A stretch of DNA of 64,000 nucleotides from Spirochaetota bacterium (lineage in GTDB: Bacteria; Spirochaetota; UBA4802; UBA5550): contig CAXXHB010000003.1 in assembly GCA_963664815.2 (NCBI GenBank), forward strand, positions 2,304,001-2,368,000, read 5' to 3'. Positions within the stretch are counted from its first letter, which is position 1, and every line of letters starts with the position of its first letter. The translations under genes were made by a program, and so were the position numbers. This document shows positions 10,143 to 19,314 of this stretch, one piece after another. The notes below the pieces were generated by a model. The model saw only the letters and a list, made by a program, of their open reading frames with translations, did no database searches and had not been told where the DNA came from.

Positions 10143-10811
10143 TTATTTATAAAGAGTTAATGATGCTCCTGATTTTGAATTACTTTTTTTGATTACTCTG
10201 CCCGGATTTCCGGCAACAACAAGGTCTCCGGGAATATCTTTAACTATAACAGATCCAGCTCCGATTTTAACATTATCTCCTATCATAATATTACCCAGAA
10301 GTTTAGCTCCGGCACCAACCATAATATTGCTTCCAAGCGTAGGATGCCTTTTCCCGCTTTCGCCACCCTTCCCTCCAAGAGTCACCTGATGATAAAGTGT
10401 GACATTATCTCCTATCTCAGCCGTTTCTCCTATAACAACTCCGTTACCATGATCTATAAAAAAACTTTTTCCTATTTTTGCCCCCGGATGTATTTCAATT
10501 CCTGTAAGAAACCTTGATAACTGTGAAATCAACCTTGGTACTAGCGGTATACCCAACTCAAAAAGCAGATGAGAAACACGATGATTGATAATTGCCCATA
10601 TTCCCGGGTAGGTCATCAATTCAAGAAAACCTGTTATACCACCTTTCAGAGCAGGATCATTTTTAAATACACCAGCTATATCTGACGGAATATACCCTAC
10701 CTGCAACACAGCAGATTTTAATTTAGTGATAAATGAAGTTTCCGGTTTTATTAGATGACATCTATAGTAACCATTTATTTCAATACATGCATTTTTCAAT
10801 TCATGATTCAT
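10143..10811 (-). CDS. cysE: Serine O-acetyltransferase (CysE/EpsC type)
   Basis: DPA, YPG, TGIEIHPGAKIG, FIDHG, VTLGG, GKRHPT hexapeptide repeats. Confidence 0.88.
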   Translation of the reverse strand: MNHELKNACIEINGYYRCHLIKPETSFITKLKSAVLQVGYIPSDIAGVFKNDPALKGGITGFLELMTYPGIWAIINHRVSHLLFELGIPLVPRLISQLSRFLTGIEIHPGAKIGKSFFIDHGNGVVIGETAEIGDNVTLYHQVTLGGKGGESGKRHPTLGSNIMVGAGAKLLGNIMIGDNVKIGAGSVIVKDIPGDLVVAGNPGRVIKKSNSKSGASLTLYK

Positions 10812-10835
10812 TTCATTCCCCTGTTCATATAAAAA

Positions 10836-11615
10836 TCAGCTTTTAAACCCTCTCCCCTTTTTAAAAAGTCTGTATGAAGTTCCAAACGATATAATAACAA
10901 GTATTGCAATATATATCAGTTGAATTACCAGCTCCCCTTCATAAACGCCAAGGTAACTGTAACGTAGCATATTGATTAGCGGAAATAAAGGATTCAGGTA
11001 AACCAAGAATGTCAGCGACCCGTGAAGTTTTGTAACCTCGAAGAAAACTCCACCGAAATATGCCATTGGTGTGAGTATTATAGAAAGAATAAAATTAATC
11101 TTCTCAAATGTTTCAAGGACAAGGCCAACTGCTGTACCGACTGAAGAAAAAATAAAGGATATGAATGTCAGCATAAGTAAAAACAGAACCGGACTTTCTA
11201 CATGGTATCCTGTGAAAAATACAGTTGATACATAAGTAAGCACACCTATAAGTACACCCCTGAAAGTCCCGGCCAGAATAAATGAAAGTACTTTTTCAAT
11301 ATCAGAGATCGGGTAGCTGTTCATATCCTTGAATATATCCTGGTATTTCTGAGCAACGATTGAAAACGCAGGGTTCTGGAATGCCGAAAATATCGCTCCC
11401 ATACCGCATAGTCCCGGTACAAGAAAATGAAGATAATCAATACCCGCTATCCCTGTGCCCCTTGTTTTAATCATCGCACCGAAAACACCAAGAAAAAGAA
11501 TATTTGAAAGAAGAGGAGCCAGCAATGTCTGAATATATATTTTGAGAAATCTGTCAATCTCCCTTCTTAATAATGCCATAAATCCCACAGAATTGTAAAA
11601 TATATTCTTTTTCAT
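10836..11615 (-). CDS. ABC-2 type permease (YadH-like)
   Basis: REIDRF..QTLLAP, YLHFLVPGL, TPMAYFGGVFF, NPLF; six TM segments. Confidence 0.85.
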   Translation of the reverse strand: MKKNIFYNSVGFMALLRREIDRFLKIYIQTLLAPLLSNILFLGVFGAMIKTRGTGIAGIDYLHFLVPGLCGMGAIFSAFQNPAFSIVAQKYQDIFKDMNSYPISDIEKVLSFILAGTFRGVLIGVLTYVSTVFFTGYHVESPVLFLLMLTFISFIFSSVGTAVGLVLETFEKINFILSIILTPMAYFGGVFFEVTKLHGSLTFLVYLNPLFPLINMLRYSYLGVYEGELVIQLIYIAILVIISFGTSYRLFKKGRGFKS

Positions 11616-11646
11616 TTTCCGGTCACCCTGCAGCATACCATAAATA

Positions 11647-12552
11647 TCATTCCCTCACAAGACGAAGAAAAATATCTTCAAGTTTTTTAGGTTCCAGTTT
11701 AAAATCTATAAATGGCATGCCCTTTTCGCTTATCTTCCGGAAGATATCTCCAATATCATTCTTCTGTGCATAGATTGAAATTTTGTTACCATCTTTAATT
11801 GAAGGGGAGTATGTCGAAAGAAATGATAAATCGTTTTCGTGAATATCATTTCTAAAATGAAATTCCATCGAGGTTTCAGAACCGAGTGTCTTCATAAGAT
11901 TATTCTTTGAATCGTCTGCAATAATTCTTCCATGATGCATCACAATAATTCTGTCACAAAGTCTTTCAGCCTCTTCCAGGTAATGTGTTGTAAGAATAAT
12001 GGTAACTCCCTGCTCCCTTAATTTTCCTAGAAATGAATAGAGTAAGTGACGAAGTTCTATATCAACACCAGCCGTGGGCTCATCAAGTATCAGCAGTTCA
12101 GGTTTATGTACCAGGGATTTGGCAATCAGGAGTCTCCTCTTCATACCACCGGATAGTGTTCGTGATTTGTCGTATTTCTTTTCTTTAAGAGAAAGTCCAT
12201 CAAGAAGCAGATCTATGTAGATATCATTATTTTTTATACCGAAATATCCAGATTGATTTCTCATTACCTCATTAACAGAGAAAACAAAATCAAGACTTAT
12301 CTCCTGCGACACAATCCCTATTATTTTCTTTGTTTCAAGCTCATTCCTGTCAAAATTATAATCCCCGATTCTAATCCGGCCCCTGTCTTTTTTAACATTG
12401 CCCGCCAGTATATTAATCAGTGTGCTTTTCCCCGCACCATTCTGCCCCAGAAGCGCTACAAACTCTCCACGTTTTATTTTAAAAGAAACATCACTCAACG
12501 CATTGAAAGATGATTTCGGGAAACGTTTTGAAATATTTTCCACCTCAAGCAT
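11647..12552 (-). CDS. ABC transporter ATP-binding protein (YadG-like)
   Basis: GQNGAGKST, LSGGMKRR, LDEPTAGVD, TTHYLEEAE; start overlaps the upstream stop. Confidence 0.92.
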   Translation of the reverse strand: MLEVENISKRFPKSSFNALSDVSFKIKRGEFVALLGQNGAGKSTLINILAGNVKKDRGRIRIGDYNFDRNELETKKIIGIVSQEISLDFVFSVNEVMRNQSGYFGIKNNDIYIDLLLDGLSLKEKKYDKSRTLSGGMKRRLLIAKSLVHKPELLILDEPTAGVDIELRHLLYSFLGKLREQGVTIILTTHYLEEAERLCDRIIVMHHGRIIADDSKNNLMKTLGSETSMEFHFRNDIHENDLSFLSTYSPSIKDGNKISIYAQKNDIGDIFRKISEKGMPFIDFKLEPKKLEDIFLRLVRE

Positions 12553-13558
12553 GTTTATCATCCTTAAAACCGAGAAGATCAAGAACCGCTTTTTCGGCAT
12601 GACGATTTATCCCCCGGAGCGGGAATGAATGTATATGAATTGCAGGATTAAAATTCAGTTCTATAACTCCATAGCTGCTTTTCTCCGGTTTTTTACTGAT
12701 ATCTCCAATAATAATATCCGCTCCGCATATTTTTGCTCCCACTGCAGCGGCTGCCGCTTTTGCTATGTCTTTATATTCGTCATTAATTTCATCAGTAAAA
12801 TCGATACTGTCACCACCTGTACTGATATTCGAATTTTTCCGTAAAAAGACAACCTCACTTTTACGCGGTATATAATTAAAATTCTTACCCTGAAGCTTTA
12901 AAAATGATTCTTCATGAAAACCCGTTTGTATCTTTTCCAGAGGCCTGTTATACCCTTCACCCCTAAGCGGATCTTCATTCTTGATCATTACAAGCTCCCT
13001 TACTGTATGTTTACCGTCGCCAATTACATTTGCCGCCACACGGTGTAGAATACCTGTAACATTATTATCAATCACCAGGAACCTGAACTCCATACCATGT
13101 ATAAATTCTTCAATTATAACGGCATCATCAAACTTAAAGGCATCCGTAAGAGCCTTCCTGTAGATATCAGGATCAGTATTGGAAGTGATAACCGATACAC
13201 CTTCACCGAAGTTAGTGCTGTTAGGTTTAATAACAATATCAAAACCATCATAATCGCTGAATGTCTTTGACGCATGCTCCAGACTGTAATAAAGCTTACC
13301 TTCCGGCACACTGATACCCTTTTCCTTAAGAATTTTTTTTGTTACATCCTTATTCTCCATTATCAATGCAGATATATATGTATCAGCTGAGGTCCTGGTA
13401 GCCTGCTTTATATATTCAATCCTGCCATTTTTTTTCAGACGGATAAAATTATCATTCCTGTCAAGAACCTCAACCTCGATACCTCTGTTTAAAGCCTCCT
13501 TTATCAGTATCTGGGTTGACAGTTCAAGATCATCATATCCCGGTGTAATATAATTCAT
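12545..13558 (-). CDS. ATP-grasp ligase equal to the glutathione-synthetase half of bifunctional GshF/GshAB
   Basis: GYDDLELSTQIL, QATRTSADTY, KPNSTNFGEGVS, NSNISTGGDSID, IELNFNP; has its own GGAG RBS. Confidence 0.85.
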   Translation of the reverse strand: MNYITPGYDDLELSTQILIKEALNRGIEVEVLDRNDNFIRLKKNGRIEYIKQATRTSADTYISALIMENKDVTKKILKEKGISVPEGKLYYSLEHASKTFSDYDGFDIVIKPNSTNFGEGVSVITSNTDPDIYRKALTDAFKFDDAVIIEEFIHGMEFRFLVIDNNVTGILHRVAANVIGDGKHTVRELVMIKNEDPLRGEGYNRPLEKIQTGFHEESFLKLQGKNFNYIPRKSEVVFLRKNSNISTGGDSIDFTDEINDEYKDIAKAAAAAVGAKICGADIIIGDISKKPEKSSYGVIELNFNPAIHIHSFPLRGINRHAEKAVLDLLGFKDDKHA

Positions 13559-13598
13559 ATTTTTATCTCCATGCTCATCTTCTTTAATAATCATTGTT

Positions 13599-15107
13599 TC
13601 AGGACACCTGTAGAGGTTTTACCGGAATATTTACATCACTTCCGGCTGCAATAAACTCATCGATGCAGAAATAGTACCTGTTTTTAACCGCTCTTCTTAA
13701 TCCGAATTCATTATGACTTTCATTACAGTTTTTCATCTCTCTTGTTATCCATGAAGATGGAAGAAGTTCATTATTGATAATAGCTTCTCTAGCACTATCT
13801 ACACTCTCCATGTAGTTTGTCTCTCCTTTAACTTCATCCAGAAATTCAGCTATAACTGCAAGTTTATCAAGTATCTCTTCACCACGTTTTTCAATAGTAA
13901 AGGAACCACTCATATCATTCAATGACAGTTCCGGATCACGACCTATTGTTGCAGTCAGCTGAGCATTCATATCAGAAATACTCATTTCCACACCATTCAG
14001 AGGGTTGCTCTTCTCAAACAGACAGAACAGGATAAATAAATGGACAAAATACATCTGCTCCCTGCTTATACCTGTGACGAAAAAAGGATTCAGATCAAAA
14101 ATTCTGAGTTCAATGTACTCCACTCCGCTTTTTTCAAGACGGCCAAAATTGGTATCACCAACTCCATTTATCCTTTTAAAACGGATTGGTGAATAGAATT
14201 CATTTTCAGATTGAAGAAGATTGTCGTTGAGTTGTATCTGTCTGCCATTCTGAAATATTCCATAACGGGAATATTTTATACTTTTTGTTGAAAGCAAAAT
14301 ACGCAGATCCCTTAAATAATCTTCCATGGAATTAAACGAAACTGAATGCATATCATGATCACCACCGTCATACCCGAATGAACTCATTCTCAGATTTGTG
14401 GCATACTGTGAAGCACGGTTCCGGCTATTGCTTATATCAGGTATATCGTTACACCGGAATTCATCATCTTCGTGGCTTTTATCAGCAGTCGAAGGTGAAG
14501 CGCCGAAGAGATAAAGCAGAATCCATCTGAATCTGAGAAAATTTCTTGCAAGGGCAAAATATGAATCATTTATAAAAGAACGCATTTCGGTTTCAGGTGC
14601 AAATCTCTGATGAATCAGCTCCCAGAATTCATTGCTGAAAGAAAAATTATAATGTATACCGGAGATCATCTGCATTCTCTTTCCGTAACGGAGAGCAAGC
14701 CCTGACCGGTAAATTTCCTTTTCCCTGCCTTCAGGTGAATTGTTAAAGAGTGCCGAGGGTATAATCTCTTCATCCGGAAGAATCCCCGGCATGCTTAACG
14801 GCCATAATAATTCATCGCCAATTCCCCGTTCAACAACCGAATGCAGGTATTTTAAAAAATCATCGGCCTCTTCGATTGAATTGAGGGCAGGTGTTATCAT
14901 CTCCACCTGGCTTTCCGAAAAGTCTGTTGTAATAAACGGATTTACAGTTTTATCTCCAAAAACCGCCGGATGAGGAGTCAACGCCAGTTCCCCATCCTTT
15001 GTTATTCTTAATGATTCCTTTTCAAGTCCCCACTTCCCAAGGGACAGCATTTTCATGTTTTTGTTATCTGAAAAAAACTCTGTTATCTCATTAAATTCCC
15101 AGAACAT
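13599..15107 (-). CDS. gshA: Glutamate-cysteine ligase (GshA half of GshF)
   Basis: GLEKESLR, TTDFSESQVEMITP, WPLSMP, QMISGIHYNFS, ENEFYSPIR, EYIELRIFDLNPF. Confidence 0.92.
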   Translation of the reverse strand: MFWEFNEITEFFSDNKNMKMLSLGKWGLEKESLRITKDGELALTPHPAVFGDKTVNPFITTDFSESQVEMITPALNSIEEADDFLKYLHSVVERGIGDELLWPLSMPGILPDEEIIPSALFNNSPEGREKEIYRSGLALRYGKRMQMISGIHYNFSFSNEFWELIHQRFAPETEMRSFINDSYFALARNFLRFRWILLYLFGASPSTADKSHEDDEFRCNDIPDISNSRNRASQYATNLRMSSFGYDGGDHDMHSVSFNSMEDYLRDLRILLSTKSIKYSRYGIFQNGRQIQLNDNLLQSENEFYSPIRFKRINGVGDTNFGRLEKSGVEYIELRIFDLNPFFVTGISREQMYFVHLFILFCLFEKSNPLNGVEMSISDMNAQLTATIGRDPELSLNDMSGSFTIEKRGEEILDKLAVIAEFLDEVKGETNYMESVDSAREAIINNELLPSSWITREMKNCNESHNEFGLRRAVKNRYYFCIDEFIAAGSDVNIPVKPLQVS

Positions 15108-15159
15108 AAATTTCCCCGCGAAATCAAATATAATAATTCTAATGTTTCAATATACTGAA

Positions 15160-15180
15160 GTTTCAGAACAATCGAACAAT
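15160..15180. promoter_or_regulatory. Putative ArsR operator upstream of gshA
   Basis: GTTTCA-N8-GAACAAT, matching GTTTCA-N8-GAATAAT at 15494-15514. Confidence 0.45.
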
Positions 15181-15194
15181 ATTATTAAAAAAAA

Positions 15195-15500
15195 TCAATC
15201 AAGAAAGTGTCTTATAATTTCAATTACTTCCTCATTAATTTTACATGAAATAACCTGACCGCTTCTTGTACAGTTTACAAGCCCGGCACTCTGCAGCTCT
15301 TTCAGATGATGAGAAATGGTTGATCTTGAAAGATCCATACAGCCACACGCCCTGGTAAAAGCTTTTTCTATTCCGCAACATACATCACCGGTTTCAGGCA
15401 TAAGACTGTTCTTTTCCCAATCATAGATATTCATAAAAAGAGCCAGTCTGGGTTCACTCGACAACGCTTTGAATATTTTTGCAAGATCGTATTGTTTCAT
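15195..15500 (-). CDS. ArsR/SmtB-family repressor, Cys-rich, probably leaderless
   Basis: FKALSSEPRL, LSRSTISHHLKELQSAGLV; DVCC..ACGC Cys cluster. Confidence 0.88.
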   Translation of the reverse strand: MKQYDLAKIFKALSSEPRLALFMNIYDWEKNSLMPETGDVCCGIEKAFTRACGCMDLSRSTISHHLKELQSAGLVNCTRSGQVISCKINEEVIEIIRHFLD

Positions 15501-15534
15501 AGTCATAGAATAATCAAACTATTATTCCTGTCAA
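15494..15534 (-). promoter_or_regulatory. Sigma70-type promoter and overlapping operator of arsR
   Basis: Minus strand TTGACA-16 nt-TATTCT-6 nt-ATG with no RBS; the operator-like motif overlaps the start codon. Confidence 0.55.
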
Positions 15535-15693
15535 CAAAAAACATATTTTTTTTATGATTCTTTATATTACTCAGGGAAATGTTCAGGGTAGGTATTACTA
15601 AAGACATTTTATATCATACAGATACAAATGCAGGGTACAGACATAACTGCACATTGCATTTGTATCTTTTAATTTGATTAAACAGATATATTT

Positions 15694-16767
15694 CTACTGT
15701 TCAATAACAAGTCTCAATCCAAAGGCGCCCCACCCTTCAGAAGGAATATCAGGCGTATCTGTCATTCTTATGTCAATACGCATCGGGCTTGGATGCATCG
15801 GCATATTTATATATGAACCTCCCCGCATAATTTTCTTTTCACCTGATGACGGTCCCTGCGGATCTTTATCCGGGCTCTCAGAATAATAACTCTCATTGTA
15901 CCAGTCATTTACCCACTCGCATACATTGCCCGACATATCATAAAGGCCGAATGCATTTGGTTTCTTCTGCCCCACGGGATGTGACGTTCTGCCGCTGTTG
16001 TTACTATACCAACAATATGAATCATCTATATCATCTCCCCAGTAGTAAATTGTTGTTGCTCCACCCCTTGCGGCATATTCCCACTCTGCTTCATACGGAA
16101 GGCGTGCTTTTACATTGTACTTTTTACTGAATTTTTCGCAGAAATCTTTCGCATCATACCAGCTTATATTCTCCACGGGAAGATTATCACCAATCACAGG
16201 TGAAGGATTTTTACCTGTAACAGCCCTGTACTGTGCCTGTGTAACCTCAAACTTTCCTATCCAGTAAGAACTCACAGTCACACTGTGTTTCACATTTTCT
16301 CCCAGATAATAATTTTCATCTCGGACTGTATTTACACCCATATTGTATGTCGCTCCCGGTATATAAATAAACTCAACACCCCCTACAGTTTTCACCTCGC
16401 CTGCAGAATCCTTTACACTTGCCATCGTTTCGTCAGATTCATCAGTAATACTTTTATCATAAAGGTAAACAGACATCCCCTTTTCAACTTCATTCAGATA
16501 CCTGGCACTCCCCTTCTGCAGTCTGCACTTTGCAGTTGTCTGCATGGGGAAGGTAGCTTCCATTACAACCACCTTCCCTCCGGTGCGAATATACAGCTGT
16601 TCACCCATCTTAATTGTCTTTCCGCTTTCAATATTTACTATTATCTCTTTTGATGCAGAAACCGAACCTATTTTACCAACCTGTTTACCATCTTTTGACA
16701 TAAGCATAACTGAAAATATCAGTATAAAAAATGGTATCAGCACGAAGGAGAGTCTTTTGTTTTTCAT
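15694..16767 (-). CDS. Exported FGE-sulfatase (SUMF1/CLec-fold) domain protein with an extra N-terminal beta-rich domain
   Basis: Signal peptide; EVTQAQY, PVENISWYDA, RLPYEAEWEYAARGG, PNAFGLYDMSGNV.EW, RGGS, GLRLV. Confidence 0.9.
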   Translation of the reverse strand: MKNKRLSFVLIPFFILIFSVMLMSKDGKQVGKIGSVSASKEIIVNIESGKTIKMGEQLYIRTGGKVVVMEATFPMQTTAKCRLQKGSARYLNEVEKGMSVYLYDKSITDESDETMASVKDSAGEVKTVGGVEFIYIPGATYNMGVNTVRDENYYLGENVKHSVTVSSYWIGKFEVTQAQYRAVTGKNPSPVIGDNLPVENISWYDAKDFCEKFSKKYNVKARLPYEAEWEYAARGGATTIYYWGDDIDDSYCWYSNNSGRTSHPVGQKKPNAFGLYDMSGNVCEWVNDWYNESYYSESPDKDPQGPSSGEKKIMRGGSYINMPMHPSPMRIDIRMTDTPDIPSEGWGAFGLRLVIEQ

Positions 16768-16807
16768 TGATAGCTCCTGTTATTAAAAATAATTTCTGAA
16801 TTCTTTT

Positions 16808-16860
16808 ATAATAAAAAATTCTCTTTTCTCACCGCCGCCTTCGGCGGCGATGAGAAATAA
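16808..16860 (-). terminator. Leader terminator upstream of the FGE gene
   Basis: Minus strand ttctcatcgccgcc-gaa-ggcggcggtgagaa followed by aagagaattttttatt. Confidence 0.7.
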
Positions 16861-17035
16861 TCGCTTTTTTCACATTAAAATCGACGGAATAATATAATCG
16901 CCTTTTTTACATTGAAATCGATGAGATATTTTAATCGCTTATTTACACTAAAATCAGTGAAGTTATATAATTATAATTGTTTACTTACACAAAATCGGCT
17001 AAATGATATAATCGTTTCCTTTATATTTAAGTATA
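16858..17035. repeat. Degenerate tandem array of ~37-bp units (about 4.7 copies)
   Basis: Units start at 16858, 16895, 16932, 16974 and 17009; consensus approx. TAATCGYTTWTTTACAYTAAAATCG... Confidence 0.8.
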
Positions 17036-17204
17036 TATTAAGGAATTAAAAATGATATTATATTTATATTTTCAACTCTTTTTCAGGTAATAAAGAAATT
17101 ATGGTAAATAAATCAATAGCGGTTCTTTATGTTTTAACAGAAGATGCTCTACTCCTTATACTGGTTGCCAGCAGAAGATATAATCACTTATCAGGGGTTT
17201 TTCA

Positions 17205-18026
17205 CTACTCAATAAAATTCCCATTTTCCCATCGTCCCTTAATTTTTACCGAACCATCAGGATTATATAAAGTCCCCTCTCCATGCTGTTTCCCAGCTTT
17301 CCAGTCTCCGACATATCTGGCACCGTCTGTATATGTATAAGTTCCTTTACCATCTCTCTCCCCATCCTTCCATTCACCTGAATACATCTGGCCATCGGTG
17401 AATACAAGAGTCCCCCTGCCGTGACACCTGCTGTTCTTCCACTCACCTGTATATTTTTCACCGGTAGCAAACTTCAGAGTTCCCTGTCCATTGAAATTAT
17501 TGTCGGCGAACATTCCTGAATATTCATCTCCATTTGCAAACTTCATAATTCCTTTACCATGCTTCCGGTTTTTTAGAAACTGACCGGTATATGTATCACC
17601 GTCAGCGTAACCTGAAACACTGCTTTTTCCCTTCTCAATATATGTTATTTTACCATACCCTGTTGCTTCGCCATTTTTCAGATAGCCGGTGTAATGATAA
17701 TTAACCCCTATTATGGTTCCATACCCTTCAACCGGATGCCAGTTTTTTATTATGCCGGTAAATGAAGCCCCTCCCAGGTAAGTGATTCTCCCCTTACCCT
17801 CGGGTATATCATCAATCCACTGACCAGTATATTTCAACCCATCATTACCGGTAAATGTCCCCGCACCGCTTCTTTTCCCGTTTTTCCACTTACCTTCATA
17901 TTTCCCGTCAGTATAGCTATACATACCTTTCCCGTTTTCACAGTCTCCGTTCAGGCATTGGGCGTTCAATGAAACTGCAATGAAAAGCATTGATAACTGT
18001 AATGCTGATATTATTTTAATCTTCAT
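17205..18026 (-). CDS. Exported MORN-repeat protein
   Basis: Signal peptide, CLNGDCENGKG start, many YxGxWxxG..GxG repeats. Confidence 0.9.
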   Translation of the reverse strand: MKIKIISALQLSMLFIAVSLNAQCLNGDCENGKGMYSYTDGKYEGKWKNGKRSGAGTFTGNDGLKYTGQWIDDIPEGKGRITYLGGASFTGIIKNWHPVEGYGTIIGVNYHYTGYLKNGEATGYGKITYIEKGKSSVSGYADGDTYTGQFLKNRKHGKGIMKFANGDEYSGMFADNNFNGQGTLKFATGEKYTGEWKNSRCHGRGTLVFTDGQMYSGEWKDGERDGKGTYTYTDGARYVGDWKAGKQHGEGTLYNPDGSVKIKGRWENGNFIE

Positions 18027-18209
18027 TATACCCCCGAAAATCTGTGTTATATTTTCCAGTCAAAAAGTAAATGTAAAGTATTTTATAACACAGACTTAAT
18101 TGTATATAATCAGGGTTCAGAACCTTAACAGTTAAAAGTGATAAATATACAATAGAATAATATGCAGATTTGTACTTTCTGACAAATGATTATAGTAAAA
18201 AAATCCCCG

Positions 18210-18425
18210 TTACCTGCTGCGTTTTTCCCTTATACCCAGATATATATCAGGAAAATATGCCCCGATAATTATCAGCAGCAATCCCAGTCCTGTAGTTTTA
18301 GTAAACAGTATATCAGCCTCAAATCTCCTGAAACCTACATATGTTATACTTATGAACCATCCTGAAACAAGCAGTATTAGCCCGATCATGTGAGGAATAA
18401 TTGCGCCTTTGATCTTTTCCAACAT
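18210..18425 (-). CDS. Small two-TM hypothetical protein
   Basis: GGAG RBS; two hydrophobic segments. Confidence 0.65.
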   Translation of the reverse strand: MLEKIKGAIIPHMIGLILLVSGWFISITYVGFRRFEADILFTKTTGLGLLLIIIGAYFPDIYLGIREKRSR

Positions 18426-18625
18426 TGAATTTCTCCATTATTTTTTATTATTTATCTTATAATAAATATTAAAGACTACGACTACATATAATTCAATAAA
18501 AAAATCAAATATCTATTCCTGAATTCAGGTATTTCTAAACGCTTGACTTATTTATCCACTTTTTTGTAACTGTAATATATACATTACTTCATAATGTCAT
18601 ATTTTGCGACGGAGTTTTTATTTTA

Positions 18626-19105
18626 ATGAAAAAAGCCAAACGGGAGTACAATAATTTACTGAAAGAGATGGTTACTGTGGGCAAATACAGGGAACTGGAC
18701 AATGCCACTCACCACGGCATTAGCAGGTTTGATCATATAAACAGGGTCGGTTACCTGAGCTTTCTGATTGCAAAACTCTTCAGGCTTGATGTTAATACTA
18801 TTACCAGGGGTGCGCTCCTTCACGATTTCTTCACTGAAGAGGATGTGAAAAAATACACAAAAAATGAATGGCACCGGCTGCACCCGCACATTGCCCTTGA
18901 AAATTCAAGGCAATATTTCAAACTTAATCACATTGAAGAAAATATAATCTCTTCACATATGTTTCCTATCTGCAGGACAAAACCTGTATATATGGAAAGT
19001 CATGTTGTTGCAACTGCCGATAAACTTGTTGCACTTTACGAATTCACAAGACTTTACAATTTTATTCTTTTTATCAAAAAGCCTTACAACAGCTTTCAGT
19101 TGTGA
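18626..19105 (+). CDS. HD-domain phosphohydrolase
   Basis: HH..SRFDH, RGALLHDF, HPHIALEN, SHMFP, ADK. Confidence 0.85.
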   Translation: MKKAKREYNNLLKEMVTVGKYRELDNATHHGISRFDHINRVGYLSFLIAKLFRLDVNTITRGALLHDFFTEEDVKKYTKNEWHRLHPHIALENSRQYFKLNHIEENIISSHMFPICRTKPVYMESHVVATADKLVALYEFTRLYNFILFIKKPYNSFQL

Positions 19106-19314
19106 TTATCCGGACTTTTTCCGTACTATTCTTCTTTAAAATATATACTTTTCCCCACATTGAATGAGTTTTTTATTATATTAAACATAATTAAAGTAAT
19201 TCCTGAACTTTTTATAATAAAATTATTTCTGTTCACTGCAGATTACATTTTTTCAGTAATCATCAGGCAGAGATTATTCAGTTGATCTGTTCTATATATG
19301 TTTACGAGGATTTT

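Noticed and set aside
12545-15107. Frameshifted single gshF pseudogene
   Set aside because: Both ORFs are complete and the second has its own GGAG RBS and ATG, so a natural split is more likely.
15694-16100. DGR target (CLec-fold C-terminus)
   Set aside because: No reverse transcriptase and no template-repeat copy of the 3' end seen in the window; a remote DGR cannot be excluded.
16858-17035. CRISPR array
   Set aside because: Repeats are degenerate, variable parts are only about 10 nt and similar to each other, and no cas genes are present.
16858-17035. Array of sigma-28 promoters (CGAT motifs)
   Set aside because: No consistent TAAA -35 element at 15-bp spacing from the CGATT motifs.
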